DNA of 64,000 nt from Acidobacteriota bacterium (GTDB lineage Bacteria; Acidobacteriota; UBA890; WLXD01). Under the pieces are notes generated by a model, which saw nothing but the letters and a program-made list of their open reading frames with translations, was not told the origin of the DNA and did not search any database. Each line of letters opens with the position of its first letter. The stretch's first letter is position 1. A program made the translations under genes and the position numbers. Positions 28,157 to 38,379 of this stretch are shown piece after piece. The DNA is taken from assembly GCA_965205505.1 (NCBI GenBank), contig CBDBHB010000007.1, forward strand, positions 384,001 to 448,000, read 5' to 3'.

Positions 28157-28728
28157 GTGAATAACCCTTGGGTTAACCTGCCACGGAGATACCCTCCGTT
28201 TGTTCTCCCACAGGAATATCGCCTTATTCGTGCGTTCAACGACGAGGTACGAACCGCAGATCATCACATCCGTACGGAGCTTCTGCCTGAGCCGTACCTT
28301 GGCTGCCCGGACGCCCCAGTCGTCCTGCTCGGCCTAAATCCTGGGTTCTCAGAGCACGATGCTCCTTTCTATGCGGTTCCTCATGTCCGTGCCGTCTGGG
28401 AGAAGAACCTCCTTCACGAGTCGATGGAATTCCCGTTCTATCTCCTGAATCCAGGTCTTCCACAGGGCGTCGGCGGTCCCCGGTGGTGGCGGAAGAAGCT
28501 CAACCAGCCACTCAAGATTGCTGGTGACAGGCTCACAGCAAGCAGTTTCTTTTGCATCGAGTATTTTCCTTACCACTCGAGGCGATACAGGCCCCTAGGG
28601 ACAACGCTGCCTTCCCAGGAGTACTCCTTCTGGTTGCTCCGCCGGGCGATGAAGAGGAATGCTTTGGTAATCGTGACCCGCTCCCGCAAGATCTGGGAGG
28701 AAGCGGTTCCTGAACTACGCCGATACCC
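28157..28728 (+). pseudogene. Uracil-DNA-glycosylase-like hypothetical protein, 3' truncated
   Basis: PEPYLG.PDA.VVLLGLNPG and IEYFPYHS motifs; lower GC; reads into unrelated sequence after about 28728. Confidence 0.55.
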
Positions 28729-28796
28729 CGCGGCGCCGTACGTGTCGCCGAAGCAGGCCGGGTCGGTCGCTAGCGTCACCAGCGCCGGAACCGCCA

Positions 28797-29339
28797 TCAG
28801 TGCACCGCGCCGTCGCCACCGTCGGGTTTCCGGTGCCGAGCCTCGGCCGCCGCCCACGTATCGGCGAACTGCTCCACAGCGTCACGCTGTGCCTCCGTTG
28901 CCGAGGATGCCGCAAGCGCTTGTTCGAGTCGTGCGCACGCCTGCATGTAGCGGGGTAGATCAGCCGGCGTCAGCTCGTCGGGGCTCATGCTCCGCAGCCG
29001 CTGTGCCACCAGCGCACGCGCATCGTCGAGCACTCCGCCCCATGCCTCCATGCGCTCCGTCCGAGTGTTCACCGTACGATCCAACACGCTCCGATCCACC
29101 GCCGCATCCCATTGGGCGGCGCGCTCGCGCCACGAGAACCGCCTCGCCCAGCCTATCCACGTCGGCCGCCGCGCCGAGATCGCCGCCCCTGCCTCCGTGT
29201 CCGAGAGATCCACCGAGCGCGGCGCGGGCAAGTCCCGGTACAGCAGCCACGCCGCGAACGCCTTGGCTGTTTCTGCTGGCTGGCGGTCCCAGAGCTTCAT
29301 GCGACGAGCGTACTCCAAGCGATCCGAAACCGTGCCCAT
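28797..29339 (-). CDS. Phage protein, terminase-small-subunit-like
   Basis: WDRQPAETAKAFAAW..YRDL...RS...W...F.W.ERAAQWD family motif; coupled downstream ORF MAVPA...DPACF is cut off. Confidence 0.5.
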   Translation of the reverse strand: MGTVSDRLEYARRMKLWDRQPAETAKAFAAWLLYRDLPAPRSVDLSDTEAGAAISARRPTWIGWARRFSWRERAAQWDAAVDRSVLDRTVNTRTERMEAWGGVLDDARALVAQRLRSMSPDELTPADLPRYMQACARLEQALAASSATEAQRDAVEQFADTWAAAEARHRKPDGGDGAVH

Positions 29340-29662
29340 CCCTCGCGCGCGAGAAGACTTCGGGGTTGATTCTAAAGCGCCGCCCACCGTCGCCACGCTG
29401 CGTCCCAATCTCGCCGACAAGACCGCGCGGATTCTCGGCAACCGTCGAGCGTTCGTTCATCAACGCGAGCGTCCCAATCTGTCGCGCGGAGCGCCCATTC
29501 ATGGCGCTTCGCCCATCGGCTCCATGATCCCGGATCAGAGGTGACGGGCGTCGCGCCTGGAGGAATGCGACGACAATCACGTACTTGGCACGGGGTGGAC
29601 ACCGCTAAAGAGCTTCTCGCGCGGCTTCGCCGCAAGCTGCTGCGACCGGACGAGCCGGACGA

Positions 29663-29845
29663 GTGAGCCGCCGATACTTGATAAGCCGCGCCCCGCTGGC
29701 GAAGGCGCTCAGGCGATCGGCGGATGAGATTCGAAGGTGGCAAGAGGCGGGGATGTCGGTCGTCACCAAGGGCCGCAGGGGATTCTCTGGCGCACGTTGG
29801 GGCAAGGTTGCCGACGTGGCGGCCGCCCGTGCCGAGCGCGATTGA
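29663..29845 (+). CDS. Small Nu1/MerR-like HTH DNA-binding protein
   Basis: LAKAL.RS.DEIRRWQEAGMSVVTKGRRG resembles lambda Nu1 IQNWQEQGMPVLRGGGKG. Confidence 0.5.
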   Translation: MSRRYLISRAPLAKALRRSADEIRRWQEAGMSVVTKGRRGFSGARWGKVADVAAARAERD

Positions 29846-30224
29846 CTCGCGCTGCCTGCGAGCACTTCGCCGATCAGGCCGTCACCAAGCGCGGCCACCG
29901 AATCGAGACCCCTTGAGATCCCGATAGCATCGCCACGCGGCGCGTGCGGGCTCACACTCCTCGCGTTTGTCTTTCACCGACGTCACACCATAGACGAGCT
30001 TTCGCGTCGCTCTTGAGGTCGTGCTCAGACTGGTGCGATCGCGCACCAGAGATCAAAACCCGCAAACTAGTTGTCGCGATGAGCTGATCCCGTTAGCGGG
30101 AATAGCTGAGCGAGACACGTAGGGCAACAGGACGAAACGGACGGCGCCGAACTACAGATCATTCATGCAGCGCTGCCAGTCCTGGGGATGCTCGTACTAC
30201 TCGGATGGCTCCCGCCAGCGGAGC

Positions 30225-31388
30225 TCATGCACGCTTACCTTGAGCCCGATCGCGCCACGATCCTACGTGGGCAGCCGGGTCGAGGATCGATCGGATTCGC
30301 GGTTGCTTCGATAGCGCCTTGGTCACCAAGCAGAGGTGGTATATCGCCCTATTGTCGGGATGGCGCGCCGCCTCCCACTCGTTCGCCGTCAACTCGACCG
30401 TAGTGATTGTCTTCCCCGAGGTCGCCTTGACCTCGATGAGCTTCTCGCGGCCGTCGGGATAGTACGAAGTGATGTCCCAGCCGGGGTACTCGTTGATCTC
30501 CTCTAGCCGCCGCACTCGCTTCGCTAGATCGGGGCGACCGGCTTGTTCGAGCTGGTCTCGCTCGTACCTGAGCACATGTGCCTCGCCAGCATCTCCTACC
30601 TTCTTGGATTGCTGGCTGCGCCGTGGCTTGGACGACTTGGTGCTGTCGCCACTCCCGCGCTTATCCGCCGGCGGCAACGGAGTGAACTCCTCGAAGCTGA
30701 TGGTCGGGGCCTCTTCGATCGCGGGCGCGGCGCTTTCAGCGAGCCTCGCCGGGTCGGGGACCAGATCGTTCGAGATCAGCTCCTCGTAGAGCCTCAGCAT
30801 GCGACGCAAGTCGGCGGCAAGGCTCTCCGATGTTGGCAGGTCAGCAAGACGGTATCTCTGGTGTGCGATCGACCCCTGCTCATAGAGCGCGTGCAACTTG
30901 TGCCGCCGGCGATCAGTGGCCAGATCCAGGGGCCCGATGTCGAATCCCCAGCTCGGTAGATCGACCACCTTCGCAACGAATTCACGTGCCCATCGCAGCC
31001 GGTCGTAGCAACTTGTCGAGCTGCCAAAGAGCTGCTGAAACACGGTGACGCCGATCGCTGCGGATAAATAGAGGTGCTGCAGATCAATAGAGAACAGATA
31101 GACCGGGTAAAGCCCGTGGGTCGCGCTGTCGGTGACCCGTAGATCAAAGGAGGCCACCCACGGGGCCGCCGTGACATTGCCGGCTCCGGTCGAGCCTTCG
31201 ACTTTGAAGCGAGGAGCCGCGTCCCCGAGGAGTTCCGTCAGCGCATGGGGGATATCCTTGAGCACGAGCTGGTAGGCTCGGTGGTTACTGTCCACTTTGG
31301 CGGGCTTGCCGGACGCTCGATTGTCCCGATAGGAGGGCCAGGACTCGACGACCTCGGAGAACAGCGCTCCAAGATCTGCCACCGTCAC
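30225..31388 (-). CDS. DUF3578 (McrB-N-like) + DUF3883 PD-(D/E)XK nuclease, putative modification-dependent restriction enzyme
   Basis: GSTGAGN.T.APWV..FD.RVT.SATHGLYPVYLFS; G.AGE..V..YE, GWDITS, IEVKAT, LTANEW. Confidence 0.8.
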   Translation of the reverse strand: MTVADLGALFSEVVESWPSYRDNRASGKPAKVDSNHRAYQLVLKDIPHALTELLGDAAPRFKVEGSTGAGNVTAAPWVASFDLRVTDSATHGLYPVYLFSIDLQHLYLSAAIGVTVFQQLFGSSTSCYDRLRWAREFVAKVVDLPSWGFDIGPLDLATDRRRHKLHALYEQGSIAHQRYRLADLPTSESLAADLRRMLRLYEELISNDLVPDPARLAESAAPAIEEAPTISFEEFTPLPPADKRGSGDSTKSSKPRRSQQSKKVGDAGEAHVLRYERDQLEQAGRPDLAKRVRRLEEINEYPGWDITSYYPDGREKLIEVKATSGKTITTVELTANEWEAARHPDNRAIYHLCLVTKALSKQPRIRSILDPAAHVGSWRDRAQGKRA

Positions 31389-31803
31389 GCCTCTGAGGGA
31401 GGTCTCGTCATACTCGATGACCTCGCCGGCTGGCTGGCCGGGGCTCGGTTCGCACGCTCTTCCGGCCAGATTGCTGTGAATTTACTTTCAACGGTTGTCT
31501 TGGTGATGCCCGGCCAGCCTGAAGGCGCTAAGGAGGGCGTGGAGCGGCTGGCCAGCGGAGCGGGAGGGCTAGTGCGACCTGTCACGATCCTTGAGCCGAT
31601 CTATTTGCTCGCAATCCTCGTAAACATCGTACCGCTGCATGTCGTTTATTTCCGCTGAGAAGGGCAGAATACGCCGAAACGTCAGCGTGGTTCAAAAGCG
31701 CTCGAAACGGATTTGAAGTTCGCGGAAGGAGCACTCGGATAACCCGGAAGCCACCGCCTGTTGCACAGCTGCCCTGAGGCGGGCATCGAGGGTTAGTATC
31801 GAG

Positions 31804-31960
31804 CTACTCACACTCGTCCTTGAGGACGATCCGTCCGTAGCCGTAGGCGGACAACTTGACGTACATGCCGCCGAGCATGACCTGCGCCGCGATCTGGCCC
31901 CGCTCGGCGGCCAACTGATACCAGCGCATGGCTTCGGCAGCGTGCTGGGCGGACGCCCCG
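31804..31960 (-). pseudogene. Sel1-repeat fragment
   Basis: AEAMRWYQLAAERGQIAAQVMLGGMY. Confidence 0.6.
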
Positions 31961-32171
31961 CCCAGCTTCGTTCCTGCCGCCGGGAACGGCTCGCCATTGC
32001 GATGATCGATGCAGCGGGCTGACACGGTTGGCGGGTGGTCTCGACGACGGAATTCGCGACCGTTTTGTTAACTATTTGTTAACTTTCGCCGTCGAAACGG
32101 CGGAAATGGACCGAGACGAAATGCCCCGTCCCCATCGGTATCTTCTTATTTTGAAAGAGGTTAAACCGAAG

Positions 32172-32226
32172 TACCCAAGGAGGGACTTGAACCCTCACGG
32201 GCTTGCACCCACTAGGTCCTGAACCT
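32172..32226 (-). other. 3' part of tRNA-Leu(CAG): att-site duplication
   Basis: AGGTTCAGGACCTAG-TGGGTGCAAGCCC-GTGAGGG-TTCAAGT-CCCTC-CTTGGGTA; D-arm and 5' acceptor strand missing; adjacent GTTAACAAA direct repeats at about 32065-32085. Confidence 0.8.
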
Positions 32227-32282
32227 GAGTTCATGCTCTGCGGCGGCTTGACAAACCTGGGAAGCAGCACGATAGGCTGCTA

Positions 32283-33473
32283 GTGAACTCCACCCGAAGC
32301 TGCCGATCTCCCCGGAGTCCACCCGTGCCGAAGAGCCTACCAACAGTCACGCCACGGATCGTGTTGCCAGCCCTCGGGGTGTTGATCGGTGTCCTCGGAC
32401 CCGCCTTCCTGCTCTCCGATCCGGGGACGATCGCCGGCCTCCGTGAAACGTTTCTGACCCGGCAGCCGGAACCCATCGTGGCAACGTTGCGGTCGAGTGC
32501 AAGCGCCGGCTGTGGCAAGGCACCGCCGACGCAACCCGGCGCCACAGAGACGCTGACGTTGACCTACGATGGCCTCGAACGCACGTACAACGTGCATCTG
32601 CCGCCGAGCTACAAGCCTAGCAAGCGCCACAGCCTCGTGCTGGCCTTTCACGGCTACAGCAGCAGCGCCAGGGTTGCAGAGCACGGAACCGGTATGAGCC
32701 TGCATGCCGATGCCAAGGGGTACATCGCCGTGTACCCGGAATCGACGCGCTTCCGTGTCGGTGGATCTCGGCGGATCTCGTCGTGGAACGACGGCGCATG
32801 CGCCAGTTCCCCGGGTCCCGAGGGACCGACCTGTACCGCTGACTCGTTCCAATATCCGTTTCCCGATGAATGCGGTCCGGCTCGATGTAACTGGTGCAAT
32901 TGTGTCGACGATGTCGGTTTCGTCGCTGCCATGCTCGACGAAATCGAGAATGCCTACTGCATCAATACGCGTCGGATCTACGCGACCGGCTTGAGCAACG
33001 GCGGCATGTTCGTACAACGGATGGCATGCGACCTAGCGGACCGCTTCGCTGCCGTATCCCCGTCGCACGGACAGCTACACGTCGGGTTCAACTGTGCGCC
33101 GTCCGAGCCCATGTCGATGATGAGCGTGTGGGGCAAGCGCGACCGGATCGTACCCGGCGCTGGTGAGGTCAGCTCCGACGGATATCTGTACACGCCGGTG
33201 GCCGAGGTGACGGAGATCTTCGCCGGTCCTGAGTCACAGAGATGCGATGTGACCGACACAGCCTACAGAAGCCCGGCCGATGGCGTTCGGGGGTGGGCCT
33301 GTACACAGCGCGCCAACTGCGCCCGCAGGCGTCAGGTGGTGGCGTGTTCCTGGAACGGTGGCCATCGCTGGCCGGTATACGACGCCGGTGTGTACTTCGG
33401 GCTCGATACCGTCTGGCGTTTCTTCAAGAAGAACCGCAAACCGCCGGAAAAGCTCCCCGCCGCTCGCCGGTAG
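32283..33473 (+). CDS. Alpha/beta hydrolase, PHB depolymerase/LpqC-like esterase
   Basis: LVLAFHG, DDVGF, YATGLSNGG, GGHRWP. Confidence 0.85.
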   Translation: MNSTRSCRSPRSPPVPKSLPTVTPRIVLPALGVLIGVLGPAFLLSDPGTIAGLRETFLTRQPEPIVATLRSSASAGCGKAPPTQPGATETLTLTYDGLERTYNVHLPPSYKPSKRHSLVLAFHGYSSSARVAEHGTGMSLHADAKGYIAVYPESTRFRVGGSRRISSWNDGACASSPGPEGPTCTADSFQYPFPDECGPARCNWCNCVDDVGFVAAMLDEIENAYCINTRRIYATGLSNGGMFVQRMACDLADRFAAVSPSHGQLHVGFNCAPSEPMSMMSVWGKRDRIVPGAGEVSSDGYLYTPVAEVTEIFAGPESQRCDVTDTAYRSPADGVRGWACTQRANCARRRQVVACSWNGGHRWPVYDAGVYFGLDTVWRFFKKNRKPPEKLPAARR

Positions 33474-33524
33474 CATCTCCACTCGAGCATCTGTTGCCAG
33501 TTGTACTGCCCAACGCGGTGCCGC

Positions 33525-33711
33525 TGTTTCGAAGGTCGAGTGTCCGGGCACTCGCTGCGGGTCGGCTCGGCACAGTCACTCGCCGCCGCTGGTGCTGGCC
33601 TGGTCGAAATGCAGGCTGGCCGGGTGGCTCTCGCCGACCATGCCGGCTCGCTACGCACGCGGCGAGCTTGCCGCTCGAGGTGCAGTGGCTAGGCTGCGCT
33701 ACGGAGCCTAG
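33525..33711 (+). pseudogene. Tyrosine recombinase (Cre-like) C-terminal fragment, frameshifted
   Basis: SGHSLRVGSAQSL...AGR/W.S..MPARY. Confidence 0.7.
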
Positions 33712-33800
33712 TAGACGGGCTCTCGACAGGTACTTTGGCCTACGCCGCCGGATGCCGTGCGGTCATCGTCAAGTGACGTCGGAAGCTCGCTGAGCTGAGC

Positions 33801-34620
33801 CAGAGGTGGACCCCGAAATTCGGACAGCTTGCTAAGGTGGAATCCAGACCAAGGAGAAGGAGTCTGGAATGCCACGGAAGAGACGAAGCTACACGGTCTC
33901 TCGCAAGCGGGTGCGCCGCCTGATGCGGCTGCTGCGGTTGCAAGCTATCTTCCAGCGGCCCTGGACGTCTCAGCCGCACCCGGAGCACAGGATCTATCCC
34001 TACCTGCTGGGCGATCTGCAGATCACGCGACCGAACCACGTTTGGTGTGCGGATGTGACCTACATCCCGCTGCAGCGAGGTTTTCTGTACCTGGTTGCGG
34101 TGATGGACTGGGCGAGACGCAAGGTGCTGTCCTGGCGCCTGTCCAACACGCTCGATGCGAGCTTCTGCGTCGAGGCCTTGCAAGAGGCTCTCGAGCGCTA
34201 CGGTGCGCCCGAGATCTTCAACACTGATCAGGGTAGCCAATTCACCAGCGTCGATTTCACCGACGCGCTCAAGGAGGCCGGCATTCGGATCTCCATGGAC
34301 GGCAAGGGCCGCTGGATGGACAACGTCTTCATCGAGCGGCTATGGCGATCACTGGAATACGAGCAAGTCTATCTGTCAGAGTACGCGACTGGCTCCGAGG
34401 CTCGGGCCGGGATCGGCTGCTGGATGGACTTCTACAACGAGCGCCGACCGCACTCGTCGCTCGACGACCGGACGCCCGAGGAGGCGTACACTGACGACGG
34501 GGCTGAAAGGAGCCTGGGGCTACGCCCCGTCTCCTGTCAGCCCAAGGCAGCCTGAATCATGAACCCGGATTCCACCTTAGCTGTGACCCAAACCTGTCCA
34601 AAGGATGGGGTCCACCTCTG
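33801..34620 (+). mobile_element. IS3-family element with internal deletion (OrfA start fused to OrfB)
   Basis: Terminal IRs CAGAGGTGGACCCC / GGGGTCCACCTCTG; DDE ORF 33869-34555; near-identical to 52753-54055 minus about 480 bp. Confidence 0.9.
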
Positions 34621-34719
34621 ACTGCCGCTTTTGAGCCAGGTTGCCGACCCCAACGACTAAGGCAGCTCACTGTGCAGACAGGAACTCCTGGACCGTACGC
34701 GACGCCTGTTCCTGCCTGC

Positions 34720-36325
34720 CCTCTCTGCCAACGTGGGGTGAGACGATGGAAGTTGGATAATTACTGACCCACGGGGCGGCTCGGAGTGGCACAGATGTTG
34801 GAGTTGGAGAATAACGGAACAGGTAAGCAGGTCGTTGGATCTGCGGCGGAGGGACGCGTAGGCGACCGGAGACGCAGATCCAACGATCGCGCCTCGAAGA
34901 TACCGGATCCGGAACTGGTGGAACGCCCGCGTCGGCGCAAGTTCAGCGCCGAGTACAAGCTTCGCGTTGTGGGCGAAGCGGATCGATGCACCAAGGCCGG
35001 CGAGGTCGGCTCGCTGTTGCGCCGCGAAGGGCTGTACTCGTCGCATCTGTCGGAGTGGCGCAAGCAACGTGACGCCGGGGCGCTGGTGGCGCTCACCAAG
35101 AAGCGAGGTCGACCGGCGACGGATCCCCGAGACGCGAAGATCGCCAACCTGCGCGGCCGCCTCGAGCGCACCGAGGCGGAACTCGAGAAAGCACGGCGGG
35201 TGATCCAAGTGTAGGGAAACGTCTCCGCGCTTCTGGGGGATCTGCTCGATCCCAGGGGCGCGAACGGGAGTACCAAGAAATGATCGAGCAGACCGTCCAG
35301 GAGCTCACGCCCATCATCGGGACGCGCCCAGCATGCCGGTCTCTGGGAGTGTCGCCAGCAACGATGTATCGACGACGTCGGCCACCCGTGCCAACAGTGA
35401 GCCGTCCTGGAGCGAAGCCTGCCAGGGCACTCTCGGACACGGAGCGCGAGCAGGTGCTGGCCGAGCTGCACAGCGAGCGGTTCCAGGACTGTGCGCCAGC
35501 CCAGGTATGGGCGACGCTGTTGGACGAGGGCCGCTACCTGGCCTCGGAGCGCACGATGTACAGAATCCTCGCCGCCGAGGGCGAGGGACGGGAGCGACGC
35601 AACCAGCTCGTTCATCCACCTTACTACAAGCCCGAGTTGCTGGCTGAACAACCCAACGACTTGTGGAGCTGGGACATCTCGAAACTGCTGGGGCCCAGCA
35701 AGTGGACCTACTTGTACCTGTACGTAGTGCTGGACGTGTTCAGCCGCTACGTAGTCGGGTGGAGCGTGCAACACCGCGAGAGCGGTCCTCTCGCCGAGCA
35801 GCTCATCGGCCAGGCCATCGAGTAACAGCGGATCACGCCTGGCCAACTCACCCTGCATGCTGACCGCGGCAGCTCGATGAGGTCCAAGCCCGTTGCCTTC
35901 CTGCTCGCTGATCTGGGCGTCACCAAGACGCACTCAAGGCCGTATACGTCATCGGATAATCCGTACTCGGAGGCTCACTTCAGGACGCTCAAGTACCGGC
36001 CGGAGTTCCCGGCGCGGTTCGACTCCATCCAGCAGGCTCGCAGCTTCTGCCGCGCCTTCTTCCATTGGTATAACCACTGCCACCGTCACTCCGGCATCGG
36101 CCTGGTGACTCCAGCGACCATGCACCACGGCCTCGCCCAGGCGGTCCAGCACAAGCGCGCCGAAGTTCTTCTGGCGGCCTTCCGCGCGCGGCCCGAGCGC
36201 TTCGTCAGCAGCGTGCCTCAACCACCGCCGGTGCCCACCGTGGCCTGGATCAACAAACCCGCCAGCATGGAGAATGCTCACTAATTTACGAAACCCACCG
36301 TCTCATCCGCGTTGACAGGCACCGC
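34720..36325 (+). mobile_element. IS3-like element, inactivated by nonsense codons in OrfA and OrfB
   Basis: OrfA PDPELVERPRRRKFSAEYK; OrfB WSWDI, HADRG, DNPYSEA split by TAA at 35823; imperfect IRs CTGYCAACG..TGAGAC. Confidence 0.85.
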
Positions 36326-36475
36326 TGTCGGGCGGGTAGCCGTGCCTGCGCAGGATCCGCTTAACCAGTATGCGGAGGTTGCGCGCGTACGTTCTCCCGC
36401 AGCGTCCAGTCGATCGTGACGTCGCCGCGCACGGTCTGCACCAGCTTGCGGGCAATACTGCGCAGAATCTCGTCA
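36326..36475 (-). pseudogene. Type I restriction enzyme HsdR C-terminal (DUF3387) fragment
   Basis: [48 protein letters not shown]. Confidence 0.75.
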
Positions 36476-37123
36476 GTCACCTCGCTGTGTTGAGCCAACT
36501 ATGACCTCGAGCCTTCTCGCAATCCTGCGATCGGAACGACCCCGATGCTCGCGGCGGCTCTTGCGGTCGAGTGAGGGGCAACAGCGCAACGGATTTTCGC
36601 AGATTGCGCTTCCATTAACCGAGCCCTCAGGCGAAGGACTGGGGCCCCACCCTTTGCTTTCGGCTCTGCTGTCGGTTTCTCTAGCTGCTGCTGTCTCGCT
36701 GCTGTGTCTTCTGCTTAGGCCTTTTCATTAGTCTTCCGTTTCCTACCGCGGTCTCGGCGGCAGTAGCGCTAGGCCGCGCTGGCGCGACCCTTCTATCCTA
36801 ATTCGGCCGAAGCCCCCAATGCCTCTGGAAAGCTCCCTGTGGCTACCTGTAACGCGATCCGAAACACGGTAGGGGGGAATTTCTGTCGAATACAGATCGG
36901 TCCTTTAGGATCGATCCTGCAGACAGCAAGAGTTCGCACATTCCGTACAATATTCGCCACGATTGCGCCGAGCGAGAGCGAACGGTACCTTTCCCCCGGG
37001 GCCGGGGAACAGCGGGAGGGACGCGAAGAGCCCGCCCGCGTGGGAACAATGCCCGGCCATCCTACCGGTCACTCTATAGAATACGCCCCTCCACTCTGAG
37101 GACCAACTGAGGAACTCGCGCCG

Positions 37124-37495
37124 ATGAAGATCGCTTACGTTTTCGCCACATCAGGCCACACAGCCAGCTACAAGCTCGGGCAGATGATCCTTCCGCAGCT
37201 GGAGCAGGATGCCCACGGCGTCGATGTCGTGGGGATGATGTTCTTCGACGACAACACGTATCTGCTGCGGCAGGGCGATCCAATGGGAGAGCGTCTCTCG
37301 CGGGTCGCGCGGGAGAATGGGATTCTGCTTATGATGTGCGACACCTGCGCTGTCGAGCGCGGACTGGCTGCAGGCGAGACTTGGCCCGGCACGTGCGAGC
37401 CTCTGGGAACGGTCGAGGGAGTCCGTGTCGGTTGCTTTCCCGACCTGTACGAATGCCTGGCCGGCAACCCTCCTGACCAGGTGATCACGCTGTAA
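37124..37495 (+). CDS. SaoD/DsrE-family sulfur-relay protein
   Basis: MILPQLE...HG.DVVGMMFFDDN...CD.CA.ERG...GCFPDLY...PDQVITL. Confidence 0.8.
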   Translation: MKIAYVFATSGHTASYKLGQMILPQLEQDAHGVDVVGMMFFDDNTYLLRQGDPMGERLSRVARENGILLMMCDTCAVERGLAAGETWPGTCEPLGTVEGVRVGCFPDLYECLAGNPPDQVITL

Positions 37496-37944
37496 CCGGT
37501 CGCGGAATGCCCTTCGAGGGCCAGCCCGGGACCATCGCGGGCGCTTCCTCTATCGGAGCCGGCCTCCGCACTCGCGGGACGCTCCCTAGAAAGCGCTGCG
37601 GCTGCCCGGTCCACGGCGCGCTCGCGAAGACACCGAAAGCCCTCGCCTCGTGCTTGCTGTGCAACTCGAACGGATCCGTGACGCTACGGTAGGCCTCGAC
37701 CGCGCCCGTCCCGAACTCGATGTGCTTCCAGGCTCAGGCGTCGTCGTCGGTGAAGCCCGGAGTCCCGAAAGTCTCCTGGGTGAGCAGGGCCACAAGGCCC
37801 ATGCCGCCCCACCGCTGGACGGCTTGACCGTTACGCAAGGCCGTGTAATCGACCTGGTGCAAATCCTGGCCACTGCCGGAGCAGGAGGGCCGGAGGGGCG
37901 AGTCGAGCATTAGCCTCCTGGTTCGTAGTTTGCACCGAGGAACG

Positions 37945-38379
37945 TCACCAGTCGCGCCGCCCACACCCGGAACACGAGAGAGTCGCGTGCCGCCCGGCCA
38001 CGTAGTTCGTGACCTCTAGGGTGTAGTAGCTTGCCCCTGTCGAGTTGTTCGTGGGAATCCGGATATCGAAAGTAGCTTGGCCTCTGTCGGGGACTGGACC
38101 GTAGCTATCAGCATCCTCAGCAAGCAGCACGCCTGCTGCGCTGTAGACTTTCGCCCGAACTTTCGAAAGAGGGTTAATCGTCCTTCTCGACGTGTTCTGC
38201 ACCGTCCCACCGATGAAGTCGAGCACGAAGCTCGACACCCTGGTGATGTCGAACACCGTGACCTCGGTGCCATCGGTGCTGGGGGCGGTGCTCGGGGTGG
38301 AGCGGCAGGAGACGCAGTACAGGATGGCTGCGGTGACACTTACGCGGATCGCCGACCGCCTAATCAGCAGTTGCCGGGC
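37945..38379 (-). pseudogene. FxLYD-like Ig-fold protein, 5' end interrupted by IS
   Basis: GTVQNTS...V.AKVYSAAG.LL...GQATF. Confidence 0.45.

Noticed and set aside
28729-29527. C-terminal half of the 456-aa ORF at 28157
   Set aside because: Pro/Arg-rich read-through antisense to the TerS-like gene after a deletion junction
36500-37100. Short ORFs in a lower-GC stretch
   Set aside because: No recognisable motif in any frame; probably degraded DNA
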